From IMG/VR virus record IMGVR_UViG_3300013125_000002: a stretch of DNA of 64,000 nt; one strand, 5' to 3'. The position numbers and the translations under genes were made by a program. The notes under the pieces were generated by a model that saw only the letters and a program-made list of their open reading frames with translations, did not search any database and was not told the origin of the DNA. The stretch is from a virus. This document shows positions 9,639 to 19,584 of the stretch, piece by piece; within the stretch, counting starts at the first letter, position 1, and the number at the start of each line of letters is the position of its first letter.

Positions 9639-9967
9639 CAGATCCTCTTCCCACCATGTCGGTATGGTCTGGTTCTGTTGTAGGACATCTTCTCGAGGAT
9701 CGCCTGTTCTAGGTCAATCCCATGATGAGCTGCTGTTCCCGCTATTCGGATCACAACATCAGCGAACTCAGCTGGAACACCCTCAGGCTTCCCATCCTCG
9801 CGGTAGTACATCTCTGTAGCAGCGTGCCCATTGTGAGACTCCTCTAGGGCCTCCGAAAGCTCGCTGTGCATCAGAGCAATGTCAACAGCGAGGTCCTTCT
9901 CCTGCTCTCGAAAACCATGAGCCACCGCAATCTCCTGAGACTCCTTCATCAGTGCCTTCAGATCCAC
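9638..9967 (-). CDS. MazG-like NTP pyrophosphohydrolase
   Basis: LMHSELSEALE...PAEFADVVIR...EKMSYNRTRPYRHGGK. Confidence 0.9.
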   Translation of the reverse strand: MDLKALMKESQEIAVAHGFREQEKDLAVDIALMHSELSEALEESHNGHAATEMYYREDGKPEGVPAEFADVVIRIAGTAAHHGIDLEQAILEKMSYNRTRPYRHGGKRI

Positions 9968-9977
9968 TTCTGATCTC

Positions 9978-11816
9978 CTATGCGAAAGTCATGATGGGTG
10001 TTCTTCTGAGTCGTTCCAGTGCAACGTTGCAGTAGTTGAGTGCATGCACGCTGTGTGGGTCAAGACCCAAATTGACCCACTCCATCTTGAAGCGACCGGT
10101 CTCCTCATCCTGGACCGTCTTCTGTCGCACGATGCTCTTCATGTGCAGGTAGAAGTGCGTCTCGAAGATGTGGAGTGGTTCGTAGCGACCTGACTTTGGG
10201 CTCCGGCACACTTGAACAAGTGCCCGAGGGTGTGGCCATTCGAAGTCACGATCAGCAATCGATTTCATCGCCATCTCGATGGTGAGGTAGCGACTGAGAA
10301 GCACCGAGTACTTGAACTTGATCTTGGGTCCACCCTTCTTGACCGTTTGCTTCCACTTGGCTCGATCACCCCACTGGGCTACTTCCCTTTGCTGCTCGAT
10401 GTACCAGGAGACAAAGACACGCTTTGGGTGATCTCGTGCGAACTCCATAGCCTCGTTGGCATTCGGCATCGCATCGATGATGCAGAGATCAACATCGTAT
10501 TCCTTCATCAGCTGGTAGAGGCGCTTGAAAGGGGACTGTGGTTTCCCAGCTTCCCAGTAGAGCTGGTTGTGGTCATCAATGATCTCGAAATGGACAATGC
10601 GCTTCTTGTTCCCAAAGCGCTGGGCAATGACCACGTAAATGACACCGCTCATCTGATCCACACCCATGGCAGTGTGGCTCTTGCCCCCACCCCACATCAA
10701 ATCAGTGTTCTCACACGCAATGAGATCATCATCAGTGACCGGAACATTCTCCTCGTCAACGTAGGGCTTGCCCAGTTTGGCGTTGAAAAACTCCTTGATG
10801 TTCTGGGTAGTCTGGTAGGCCTCCCAGATCTCAGCAGCAGTGATGAACTTCGAGAGCATCTGGTGGATGTGATAGCTGTGAACATTCGCTCCAGGATTGT
10901 GGGGGATGAACTGCCCATTCTGGGGATCGATGATCTTCATCTTGCAGCGTGGGCAGCGATAGTAGACCTCCCCTTTTTGAGTGAGAGCAATGCAATCTGG
11001 GAAGACCTCACTCAGGATCACTCCATCAGGGCAGTTACAGCGGGTATGCCAGAAGTTCTGAGTCCCTCGGAGGAACTGCTTGTGGATGTCGGCGTTAGGA
11101 TAGCCAGCAGTTGAGACCTGGAGAACGTACTTGTAGGAGCTATGACTGATGCGCTCACGCGCCTGATCGATGTCTGCTGGATTGAGCAGTCGCACCTCAT
11201 CGAATGCGATCATATCGAAGGGTGTGGAGTCCTTCGACGCAATGCCACCCAGGTGTCTGAGGTAGAGCGCACTCTCCTTGCCAACCTGCTTGTAACCCAG
11301 GGTGTCAGAGTCCTTGACGGCCTCCTTCAACTCAGCATTGGAGTCGATGAGGGGAGACATACGATCTTTGCTGAGGAGTGTGACACCATCTTGGGTCGGG
11401 AAGAAGAAGCAGGCCTTGACAGCATTGTACATGCAGAAATGCAGTAGCTTGGTCAGCTCGAAGATCGTTGCCCCCATCTGAGCTGACTTCATAAGGGTGA
11501 ACTCATGGGCTGTGTCGAGGTAGAGGGGGATCAAATAACGATGCTTGTCGAAGTCAAAAGGCCGGTGGTCAACTTTGAGACCGCTTGTAGCAACCCATAG
11601 CGCCAGGTTGACCTTGGTCAGAGCTCGTATCTGCTCTGGTGTGATGTTCTGCAGCCCCGAAGACTGTCCTAAGCTGCTCAAGTCAATCCCAGAGGGCGCC
11701 AGAGACGAGAAGAGGTCGTTAGCAGCCCCTGCACCTTTCGGCAGCTGTACAGGCGTCCTGGAGAGCTGCTGAATCGGTTTGGTGTAGGGTGTGCGTTTTG
11801 CGGTTGGGCTGCTCAT
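9978..11816 (-). CDS. terL: terminase large subunit, lambda GpA-like
   Basis: KSAQMGAT Walker A variant, IAFDE Walker B, RCPRC zinc motif, FFNAKLGKPY, GVD nuclease motif. Confidence 0.9.
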   Translation of the reverse strand: MSSPTAKRTPYTKPIQQLSRTPVQLPKGAGAANDLFSSLAPSGIDLSSLGQSSGLQNITPEQIRALTKVNLALWVATSGLKVDHRPFDFDKHRYLIPLYLDTAHEFTLMKSAQMGATIFELTKLLHFCMYNAVKACFFFPTQDGVTLLSKDRMSPLIDSNAELKEAVKDSDTLGYKQVGKESALYLRHLGGIASKDSTPFDMIAFDEVRLLNPADIDQARERISHSSYKYVLQVSTAGYPNADIHKQFLRGTQNFWHTRCNCPDGVILSEVFPDCIALTQKGEVYYRCPRCKMKIIDPQNGQFIPHNPGANVHSYHIHQMLSKFITAAEIWEAYQTTQNIKEFFNAKLGKPYVDEENVPVTDDDLIACENTDLMWGGGKSHTAMGVDQMSGVIYVVIAQRFGNKKRIVHFEIIDDHNQLYWEAGKPQSPFKRLYQLMKEYDVDLCIIDAMPNANEAMEFARDHPKRVFVSWYIEQQREVAQWGDRAKWKQTVKKGGPKIKFKYSVLLSRYLTIEMAMKSIADRDFEWPHPRALVQVCRSPKSGRYEPLHIFETHFYLHMKSIVRQKTVQDEETGRFKMEWVNLGLDPHSVHALNYCNVALERLRRTPIMTFA

Positions 11817-11822
11817 GGTCCG

Positions 11823-12665
11823 TTACACACCAGGTGGGGGTCCGACAGGTGACCTCAACTCACTGTCATCCTCTTCATTGGTACCACGCTCTTCGATCTC
11901 CTCAATCTCAGGCGGCCCTGAGATGAAGCTCATCGACTCCATTCCTGCATCAAGAAGCCCCGGAAGGACCACGTTGATGTCGAGTCCATCTTCCACACAC
12001 TTCTTGGAGATCTTCTCGATCAAGCGCTTCAACTTGTTGTTCATCTGGACCATGAGGTGCATCTTTGATCCAAAGGTGAAGAACATGAAGTTGAAGGGAA
12101 CGGTATCCCCGTAGTCTGTGAACAGTCGATTCAGGATGTAGGAGAGATTGTCGATCAGCTTGAGCTGAGCGTTGGCCTCATCTGCTACCTTTCGAACCTT
12201 CTTCTCTTTGGCCTTCCGCTCTTCCTTGTAGTACTCCATCATCTCGTCGAGATCTTTGAAGCCCATCATCTCCTGCAGGACTTCAGTATCAAGGCTCTCT
12301 TCGTTGATGATCTCGTTTGCAAAACGAGTGAACTTGGTCGGGTCCAGCTCGCCCTTGAGACGATTGCGACGAATGACCTTGATCTTAGCTGTCAGTTCGT
12401 CCCAGTTATCCTTGACGACTGCCGGTAGCTCCTCGTAGTCAAGGACACGAGCCGCTTTGTACCGATGGTTTCCCGAAACGATGCGGAACTCTTCAGGACC
12501 AAGATCAGGAGCGGGCACTACCTGGATGGGCTCATCAAAGCCATCCATCTCGATCTCTTGGACGAGATTGTTGAAGGTTTCGTTATCCTGCTCCTGTGGA
12601 TTGCCCTCGAACTCGTGGAGGTGATCCACATGGATGTACTTGATATCAATCTCAGCACGCTTCAC
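11823..12665 (-). CDS. ParB/Srx N-terminal domain protein
   Basis: NPQEQ...GFDEPIQV...IVSGNHRYKAA. Confidence 0.9.
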   Translation of the reverse strand: MKRAEIDIKYIHVDHLHEFEGNPQEQDNETFNNLVQEIEMDGFDEPIQVVPAPDLGPEEFRIVSGNHRYKAARVLDYEELPAVVKDNWDELTAKIKVIRRNRLKGELDPTKFTRFANEIINEESLDTEVLQEMMGFKDLDEMMEYYKEERKAKEKKVRKVADEANAQLKLIDNLSYILNRLFTDYGDTVPFNFMFFTFGSKMHLMVQMNNKLKRLIEKISKKCVEDGLDINVVLPGLLDAGMESMSFISGPPEIEEIEERGTNEEDDSELRSPVGPPPGV

Positions 12666-13387
12666 AGGTAACCTCCAATCAGGTGCCCACCAATGCGGTA
12701 CAGGGTTTTGAAGTGGGCAGCATAAGGCACTCCCAAACGACTTCCGATCTCCTGTGCTCGAAGCGTGAGCATCTCAGGATGCCAAGGGTGCTCAAACCTT
12801 GGGGGCACCTCGGGGGTGTAGGCCTCCATGGCTTGCCGCTGGGCTTTGACGTGGCGTTTCTCGAGCGGCACAAACGTATCCCACTCGAGAGGAGCAGCCT
12901 CGATGTTGGGAATCTCATAGGCAAGAACTTCCAACGAACGGAAGTGGTGAGCAAGAAGAGCATCCGAGAATGGACGAACAGCCACAAGTGTGGCCATGGC
13001 TGCAACACGATGATCCTGATGGAGGCACAAAGGATGATGAGTGTAGATCACAACATCATCTGCTTTGTATTTCAGAATCTCATCCATGATCACCGGAGCG
13101 ATGCATCCAATCTCTGTCGTGCCCAATTGGCTTGTGGGCTTGAAGTCATGAACCTTTCGATCATGAACACCCAATGCTGCGTCCACCTTTCGGTATGCCT
13201 CCGAAATCTGATATCTCATCTCGGACGTATATCGAGAGGTGTACGTTGTAGTGATCAGATGCACTACGACATGGGCTCCAGCCTCAGCATGAGCGGCCAG
13301 GGCTGCCCCCGGTCCAATCACTTCATCGTCAGCATGACAGCCAACTGCAATTACGAGCTTCATGCACCACTCCAGAGAAGGATGCAC
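12662..13387 (-). CDS. PIG-L/LmbE family deacetylase
   Basis: GCHADDEVIG and HQDH metal-binding motifs. Confidence 0.9.
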   Translation of the reverse strand: MHPSLEWCMKLVIAVGCHADDEVIGPGAALAAHAEAGAHVVVHLITTTYTSRYTSEMRYQISEAYRKVDAALGVHDRKVHDFKPTSQLGTTEIGCIAPVIMDEILKYKADDVVIYTHHPLCLHQDHRVAAMATLVAVRPFSDALLAHHFRSLEVLAYEIPNIEAAPLEWDTFVPLEKRHVKAQRQAMEAYTPEVPPRFEHPWHPEMLTLRAQEIGSRLGVPYAAHFKTLYRIGGHLIGGYL

Positions 13388-14130
13388 ACATCCTTTGTGA
13401 CGATGAATGGTTGCAACTGAGTGGCCATCATCATGAAGTCGTGCTTCAGATCACACATTTTGTAGAAGCTCGAACTGGTGAGATAGTTTCTGATCTCCTC
13501 ACCATCTGTCAACTCGATCTTGCTTCGGATGTCAAAACGACCGACCTTCCCTGGCCAGCTTCGGAGCAGTGGCTCTACTACATGTTCTTGGGATCCATAG
13601 AGCTTCTTGAGAACTGGAGGAACAGTTCCACAGGATTCTAGAATCCTCATCAATTCCTGGTTGCAGGTCTCAGCCGATGACGTGACACAAAGTAGACCAT
13701 TTCGCTTGAGACAGGACCTGGCTTCCTCCAATGCAGCTTTGAGATCATTCAGGTAGTAGAGCGAATAGGAGGCCACGACCACTTCCCAGTGGTGCTTGGG
13801 GACGGGCCACGGATACTGATTGAGATCGTGCTTAATGACGTGACAACCTTGATCTTTTGCTCTAGCGATGAGGTCAGCATCGTTATCCAAGCCAACAGCC
13901 TCAACACCAAACAATCCCTTAGCCCAGCCCAGAAATCTCCCCTCGCCACACCCAACATCGAGAAGAGAGGAAGGACGACGGTGCCAGTATGAAGATCGTG
14001 TGACATGCTCAAACACAACACGATCAACATCAAGCAATCGTCCACGATTGATCCTGTTCCAACAGTCCAATCCATCCCACGGCTTACTCATGAGCCAATC
14101 TCCCTGATGACTGGCCATTCCTCCTGGCAA
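13360..14130 (-). CDS. class I SAM-dependent methyltransferase
   Basis: LLDVGCGEG motif I; LKRNGLL motif. Confidence 0.9.
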   Translation of the reverse strand: MPGGMASHQGDWLMSKPWDGLDCWNRINRGRLLDVDRVVFEHVTRSSYWHRRPSSLLDVGCGEGRFLGWAKGLFGVEAVGLDNDADLIARAKDQGCHVIKHDLNQYPWPVPKHHWEVVVASYSLYYLNDLKAALEEARSCLKRNGLLCVTSSAETCNQELMRILESCGTVPPVLKKLYGSQEHVVEPLLRSWPGKVGRFDIRSKIELTDGEEIRNYLTSSSFYKMCDLKHDFMMMATQLQPFIVTKDVCILLWSGA

Positions 14131-15584
14131 TCATCGTAGAGCCCAATCTGATGGAGCCGAGACATCCATTCAGCACGGTTCACTTCGGTGGTGGGATAGC
14201 GCAGAGCGTGGCGATTGAAGTCCCAAGGAGACTCCATAACGTTCGTGATGCGCTGAGCGAAGTCAGCAAAGGAGATCGGGAACTTGGCGCCTTGCTTGGC
14301 AGCCTTGAGGATCTCCGTCCACTGAGTTTCCTTCACCCTCTTCTTACCAGCGAAGTACTTCTCTCTGATCCACTCCAAAGTGCGCTGGTTATTATCCGGA
14401 GAGTGGTAGTGGGCTCGGATGTACTTCTTCACATCCTTCAGTGCATCTTGGACTGAGTCATCCTTCCAGTGATCTTTCATCCACAAGATCATCTGAAGGA
14501 CTTCCTTATCAGAATCACACTTGTAGGGCCACGTGGGGAGCATCTGCTGGCTCCAAGGAGCCTTCCGCATGATCACCGGCACACCCATGTAGAGCAGCTC
14601 ACAGGTTGTGTGAGAACCCTCAGCGTACTGGGCGAGATTCAGGGACACGTGGCAAGAGGCTGCCCGTCTCACGTACTCGTCACGTGGACAAGGAGCTTTG
14701 ATATCGAAGTGCTTGTACTTGGAATCCCACTCCTCTTTGGTGATGCTACGGGGTCTGATTCTTCCACTGGGGGAATTGATCACAACACGGATCTTGTCTT
14801 TCGAGAGGACATAGGCTCGATTGATGATCTCCAGCCCATCCTCGAATCGGTACAGAGCGTAGGTTCGGAAAGACCAATTGATCGAGAACAAAGGGTCCTT
14901 CTCGATCTTCTTGGCATCCTCTTCTAGCTGGTCACAATTGAAACCAGAGTAGATGAAGGTACTTCGTTCCTGAAATTGACGAACCACATGTGGCTTGAAG
15001 AAGCTTCGCAAGACAGCTTCAGCTCGGTGTAGTTGATTCTCAGCGTCGAAGATATTGTAGCCGATCAACCAACCCACACACTGGGCATAAAGCAGCCAGG
15101 GAACGATGTCATTAGCCAGCATGTCTTGGTCGAAGACATAGCCATTGCGAGAGCAGAAGACAAAGGACGGTGAGAAACGACCCAAAGTCCACGGTGTGAT
15201 TGACGACAGCATCGTTGCTGCCATCGGAATGCGATTCGTCAAGAACACATCGAAGTGATACCCGGGCCGGAGGAAGTTGAAGTCGTTGTAGAGACTCAGA
15301 ACTCCAGGGTTCCTCATCTCCTCACGCTGTCGTACAGCTTCATCCCAGAACAGCAATTTGATCCTGGGGTGCTTCAATATCTCGAGGTCTTTGAGTGGAA
15401 GCTTCCAGTAATACTCGTACTTATGCCGAGGCCTCGGTACGCGATTGGGGGCCACCAAATACCAGAAGTCCTCAGGGTAGAGCCTCACCCCATCAGCAGC
15501 CATGTCTCGGTCAACACGCCAGATGTGATCACTGGACATGCTGTTGGAGTTACTCAATACGGAGTAGCACAGGAATCGCATCAT
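14088..15584 (-). CDS. GT-B fold glycosyltransferase
   Basis: C-terminal EGSHTTCELLYMGVPVI resembles the GT4-type nucleotide-sugar binding signature; size fits two Rossmann domains. Confidence 0.7.
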   Translation of the reverse strand: MMRFLCYSVLSNSNSMSSDHIWRVDRDMAADGVRLYPEDFWYLVAPNRVPRPRHKYEYYWKLPLKDLEILKHPRIKLLFWDEAVRQREEMRNPGVLSLYNDFNFLRPGYHFDVFLTNRIPMAATMLSSITPWTLGRFSPSFVFCSRNGYVFDQDMLANDIVPWLLYAQCVGWLIGYNIFDAENQLHRAEAVLRSFFKPHVVRQFQERSTFIYSGFNCDQLEEDAKKIEKDPLFSINWSFRTYALYRFEDGLEIINRAYVLSKDKIRVVINSPSGRIRPRSITKEEWDSKYKHFDIKAPCPRDEYVRRAASCHVSLNLAQYAEGSHTTCELLYMGVPVIMRKAPWSQQMLPTWPYKCDSDKEVLQMILWMKDHWKDDSVQDALKDVKKYIRAHYHSPDNNQRTLEWIREKYFAGKKRVKETQWTEILKAAKQGAKFPISFADFAQRITNVMESPWDFNRHALRYPTTEVNRAEWMSRLHQIGLYDDCQEEWPVIREIGS

Positions 15585-15592
15585 CCACCAGA

Positions 15593-16741
15593 TCAGATGA
15601 AGTTAGCGTGCAGGCGAAGACTGCTCTCCCTCACGTAGTTGAGAACCTCATTGAGATAATCGTATCGACACGCCGAACACCTACGAACAAAAGACGAGTC
15701 ACTTTCGATCTTCTCGATGATTGACTTCCTACGTTCTCCGAACCAGATCGACTTGAAATCTTGATCGTGGATATTGCCAAAGTAGAAATCATCCGAAGCG
15801 AAGCTAAGTGGACAGCAAAGGAACACAGCCCCATTTGATGAGATCGAAGCTACGAAATGGTGACTGAAGCAGTGCTGGAACTGGCGCAGGCGAATGTCGA
15901 AGTACTCCATGCGAGTGAAGAACACACGAAAGCGGTCGCTCTCGTTGTACTTCAATTGGATCTTATTGATCTGTTCAAAACCAAAGTGGTAGACGGCATG
16001 GAGTGGAGGCTTGATGGTGGTCCCTGTACCAGGACTCTCCATGTAAATGGGCTTGAACTGAATGTAGTCCAGCCCTATCTCCCTCACCTTTGACACCAGT
16101 TCATCAATTGCTATCAGATCGTTATTGATCTGAGAGATGATGTACGACACCCCCACAACAAGGGGTCGTTTCCCATTCTGACGGTCTCTGCCTGCTGCTC
16201 GGCGAGCCTGGACTAGCTGTCTCAGGTTGCCCCAGAGCCGCTCCCAATCTGTCTGCCTTCCTCGATGAGCCAACTGGTATTGCTCTGGCGTGGCTGCATC
16301 CAAGCTGATCCTTACGAACTCAGCATCAGCAACGATGCGCTTGAGAATGCCCTCTGAGAAAAGAATTCCATTGGTCAGGTAGGAGACATTGAGCCCAGCG
16401 TCCACCGCCAGATCATGGAACGAGCAGATGTTGGGGTGGAGAAGTGGCTCACCGCCACCTGTGAACAGCATTGCTCGAGTGCTGAGGGCCTTGGCATCCC
16501 GACAGAGCCCACGGAAGGCATCGAACTCAAGTCGGCTACGCCCGGGGCCACTATTGACTCCAGCGTAAGCACACCACGAGCAATGATGATTGCAGGCCCC
16601 TGTTGGTGAGACTTCGATCAAGATGGGGCTGCAGTCTCCTGTCTCTTCCCACTCTTGGATGGTTGCTCGGTTCTGCCGATCCCACAACTTCATTGCCGAT
16701 TCAATGACGGAGTACCGAGTTTCCATGATCCCTAGTCGCAC
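15593..16741 (-). CDS. radical SAM / SPASM domain protein
   Basis: CNHHCSWC, TGGGEP, SLDA; C-terminal C...CC...CSAC SPASM cysteines. Confidence 0.95.
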   Translation of the reverse strand: MRLGIMETRYSVIESAMKLWDRQNRATIQEWEETGDCSPILIEVSPTGACNHHCSWCAYAGVNSGPGRSRLEFDAFRGLCRDAKALSTRAMLFTGGGEPLLHPNICSFHDLAVDAGLNVSYLTNGILFSEGILKRIVADAEFVRISLDAATPEQYQLAHRGRQTDWERLWGNLRQLVQARRAAGRDRQNGKRPLVVGVSYIISQINNDLIAIDELVSKVREIGLDYIQFKPIYMESPGTGTTIKPPLHAVYHFGFEQINKIQLKYNESDRFRVFFTRMEYFDIRLRQFQHCFSHHFVASISSNGAVFLCCPLSFASDDFYFGNIHDQDFKSIWFGERRKSIIEKIESDSSFVRRCSACRYDYLNEVLNYVRESSLRLHANFI

Positions 16742-17349
16742 TTCTCGAGGTAAATGTCACCCTCAGAGAGAAAGAAGAGGTGGTTGGCGGCCGAGAAGAG
16801 ACACTGTGAAGCTGTGCGCTGGAAAGTGTAGACCTCCACTCGCCGTCCTCGTTCCTGCACAGTCTGGATCAGAGGCAGATAGTCACCATCACCACTGACG
16901 ATCACCAATGTATCGAAGGTGCCAAGCGCCTCCATGGTGTCGACAGCAATGCCTACATCCCAATCAGTGTGGAAGGGCTTGGTGATGCCCTTCTCGTAAC
17001 GCATCTGGCGGATCTTGACTTCGTAGCCAAAGCGCTGAAGGGATTCCTGGAACTTCTCAGGACGAGGAAGCGCTTCTTTGATCTTACCGCTAGAGGTTAC
17101 TTTGCGATGGGGAGCCAAAACTGTGTAGGCAACAGCTCGTATCTCACGACTCAGGCCTGGATAGACATCCTGTTTGATCCTATCCAGAAGGCCAGCATAG
17201 TTGACCCTGGCCGATTGACCAAAAGCCTCTCGGCAGGATCGCCACAAGTTGCTCACGTCTACTGCAACGTGAACACGCTCAGTGGCTACTTCTTGAGGTC
17301 GTTGTGGCTGCACTGGCACTGGGTCAGAGGTTTCTGGCAGGTTGCGCAC
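16732..17349 (-). CDS. NYN domain (LabA/DUF88-like) nuclease
   Basis: VDVSN, DWDVGIAVD, VSGDGDYLPL. Confidence 0.9.
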   Translation of the reverse strand: MRNLPETSDPVPVQPQRPQEVATERVHVAVDVSNLWRSCREAFGQSARVNYAGLLDRIKQDVYPGLSREIRAVAYTVLAPHRKVTSSGKIKEALPRPEKFQESLQRFGYEVKIRQMRYEKGITKPFHTDWDVGIAVDTMEALGTFDTLVIVSGDGDYLPLIQTVQERGRRVEVYTFQRTASQCLFSAANHLFFLSEGDIYLEKCD

Positions 17350-17417
17350 TTGGGGATCGAGACTGGTTCTGGCTTTGTTCCAGACGCTGGCTTAGGCTGC
17401 TGCTCTGCCACAATCAC
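17286..17417 (-). CDS. possible 43-aa Cys-rich microprotein overlapping the NYN start
   Basis: GTG overlapping the RuvC stop; encodes ...PKCATCQKPLTQCQCSHNDLKK. Confidence 0.35.
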   Translation of the reverse strand: MIVAEQQPKPASGTKPEPVSIPKCATCQKPLTQCQCSHNDLKK

Positions 17418-17977
17418 ACCGCCTTCTTGACTGGAGTTCGTTTGGGCTCACTGATCTTGTTGTCAATCACAAGCCCATAGTAGGCGAGAAGAGCTGCATC
17501 CGCACGACCATCCAACGATGCAACCTTGCCTTTGGGTTTGGTAAGAGGGAGTGCCGGAAACAGTCGCTGACACTTGGCAACTGATCTTGCTTTAGTGTCA
17601 TCACCACCTACTCCCGTCACTACACGTTTCATCCAGGTCTGTGCCGGCACAATCTCATAAGAGAGCTTGAGCCCTGCCAAGATCCCCTTCCAGAGACCAA
17701 AGCCCTCACCAGTCTTGAATGTCGAGGAAACCCCCTGCTTGGTCATGGGTCGTGCCTGCTCCAACATCACCATGACCGGCATTCCCAGCGCCGACTTCAC
17801 GACCTCCTCGAGCCTGGACACCATCTCCTGCTCGAGAAACGCATTCTTGGTCTTGCCCTTCGCCCCAAGATCAATGATAGGCGTATCGAAGTAGGCAAAG
17901 ACCTCTAGCGTGTTTGTGATTGCTACGACAGCCCCGTGGAGCCCGCCATCAATCCCGACTGATAGCCAACTGGCCAT
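17414..17977 (-). CDS. ruvC: RuvC-like Holliday junction resolvase
   Basis: VGIDGG, MLEQ, QGVSSTFKTGEGFG, DGRADAALLA. Confidence 0.9.
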   Translation of the reverse strand: MASWLSVGIDGGLHGAVVAITNTLEVFAYFDTPIIDLGAKGKTKNAFLEQEMVSRLEEVVKSALGMPVMVMLEQARPMTKQGVSSTFKTGEGFGLWKGILAGLKLSYEIVPAQTWMKRVVTGVGGDDTKARSVAKCQRLFPALPLTKPKGKVASLDGRADAALLAYYGLVIDNKISEPKRTPVKKAV

Positions 17978-18010
17978 GAAGATCTCCCAATGATTGATCT
18001 CATGGGCCTG

Positions 18011-18040
18011 ACTCTACACCCAGCTGGTTCTAGGAGTCAA
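18011..18040 (-). promoter_or_regulatory. sigma70-like promoter for the ruvC-modification-terL operon
   Basis: TTGACT-18 nt-TAGAGT. Confidence 0.5.
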
Positions 18041-18402
18041 TCACTAGATACTTCCTTGAGAAGACGGTCCACATAGCCTCGACGCTCGCCCACGCACCAC
18101 CAACGAAGGAAGGTATTCTCGTCCCGAAGAGCTTGTAGCTCTGAAGGATTAAGCTGTGGAGCAACCTCAGCAACCACGTTGGCGACCACTGCCGGAAGCG
18201 TGACTCCAGTGTCTTTCTCACGTTGCACCAGGGCTTTCTGGGCCTTCAACAGAAGATGTTCCGATTGAGAGACCTTCATCACCCAGTTTCGGGCACTCAC
18301 CCGGCTCACACTGAAGTGTCGTCCAATCTGAGCCAGATCGAAACCACGCTGCTTCATCACCCAAGACTTGATTGCCTTCGCATCTGTGTACTTCTTGCTC
18401 AC
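18037..18402 (-). CDS. HTH domain protein
   Basis: LAQIGRHFSVSRVSARNWV. Confidence 0.65.
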   Translation of the reverse strand: MSKKYTDAKAIKSWVMKQRGFDLAQIGRHFSVSRVSARNWVMKVSQSEHLLLKAQKALVQREKDTGVTLPAVVANVVAEVAPQLNPSELQALRDENTFLRWWCVGERRGYVDRLLKEVSSD

Positions 18403-18791
18403 GACTTCCTCCGTTTCTCTGCAAGAGCTGCAAGAACTCGACGTTGCTCAGCCCGCTCCAGACGAGCTTTGGCCTCTTCGATCTCCTCAGCTACTTGTTT
18501 CTGCAGTGAGCGATCCAACCTGAACTTGCGGAGGAAGTCATTGATCTGAATGTACAGGCTTATCTTGGTCCCTGGATCAACCGGTGTCAAAATGAGCACC
18601 GGCATCTGATAGAACATGGCGATGATCCTAAATGTGGTCTTCGCCAAGTTGCGGTAGATCACCGCTTGCCGATGCTTTAGGCCAAAACGCTTGGCCTCCC
18701 TTTCTAGAAATCGTTGATTCCAGGACACCCTCCGCAGATCTTGATCTGCCTCCAGTGCCACAAAATCGAGTGGTGCAGCTACATCTGACAT
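18399..18791 (-). CDS. hypothetical protein
   Basis: ORF with GAGG SD. Confidence 0.65.
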   Translation of the reverse strand: MSDVAAPLDFVALEADQDLRRVSWNQRFLEREAKRFGLKHRQAVIYRNLAKTTFRIIAMFYQMPVLILTPVDPGTKISLYIQINDFLRKFRLDRSLQKQVAEEIEEAKARLERAEQRRVLAALAEKRRKS

Positions 18792-18794
18792 TGA

Positions 18795-19175
18795 TCACCT
18801 CGTGACATGACATCCTCTTACTAAGACCTTCACGTCTGTTGTGTTAGTGTCCTCAATGGCCTCACGTAACTTCTTGAGTAGTTCTTCCCCCTCAATGTGG
18901 GTATCTGAAAAGTCGATCAGCACACTTCGCGGACGGTGAACCTGCAGCTTGACCGACTCAGGAGTCACTACAAATAAAGGCTTGTCATTCAGCTTGCTGT
19001 GCGTCTCACTTGCCCACTTTGCCAAACGTTTCACTCGTTCTTCACTATACGAGTCATCAGGCAGAGTGATTTGAATGAGAGCTTGATTGGGGCCAAGATC
19101 TACTTGATGTGCTTTAGCTTCCGGAATGACAACAACAGAATCAGGCATGCTCCAGAATGCAGAACGTGACGACAT
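18795..19175 (-). CDS. hypothetical protein
   Basis: ORF in operon. Confidence 0.6.
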   Translation of the reverse strand: MSSRSAFWSMPDSVVVIPEAKAHQVDLGPNQALIQITLPDDSYSEERVKRLAKWASETHSKLNDKPLFVVTPESVKLQVHRPRSVLIDFSDTHIEGEELLKKLREAIEDTNTTDVKVLVRGCHVTR

Positions 19176-19450
19176 CTATGACCCCAGGTTGTACCCTTCC
19201 GCCCAATAGCCTTTCGGGTCTGGACCGAAACCTGTATGTCCTCTTTCTCTGCCTTGATCTCAGCCACAATCTGCCGAAGCTGGAACACTTCCTTTGGGAC
19301 CGTGAGGTCCAACTGCAGAGAGAATGCTCCCTTGGGCGCCCGCTGCATGACCCTGACCGCCTTGAACCCCACGACCTCTCGACTCCCATAGCGGGAGTAA
19401 ACGGGTTCTAGAACAAGGTAGCACGTCGACTTCAGGTCTTCAGTCTTCAT
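19100..19450 (-). CDS. hypothetical protein
   Basis: ORF in operon. Confidence 0.6.
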   Translation of the reverse strand: MKTEDLKSTCYLVLEPVYSRYGSREVVGFKAVRVMQRAPKGAFSLQLDLTVPKEVFQLRQIVAEIKAEKEDIQVSVQTRKAIGRKGTTWGHRCRHVLHSGACLILLLSFRKLKHIK

Positions 19451-19584
19451 CGGCTTCCTTCCGGTAATGCATGATAGCCTGAACGATCTCTACCACAAGA
19501 TCAGAGATGATGAGCAACACCAGAATCGTCAAGACTGGATGCTCAGCAGCAAAGTCAAGGATCAACTTCTTGAAGTCCATTCTC

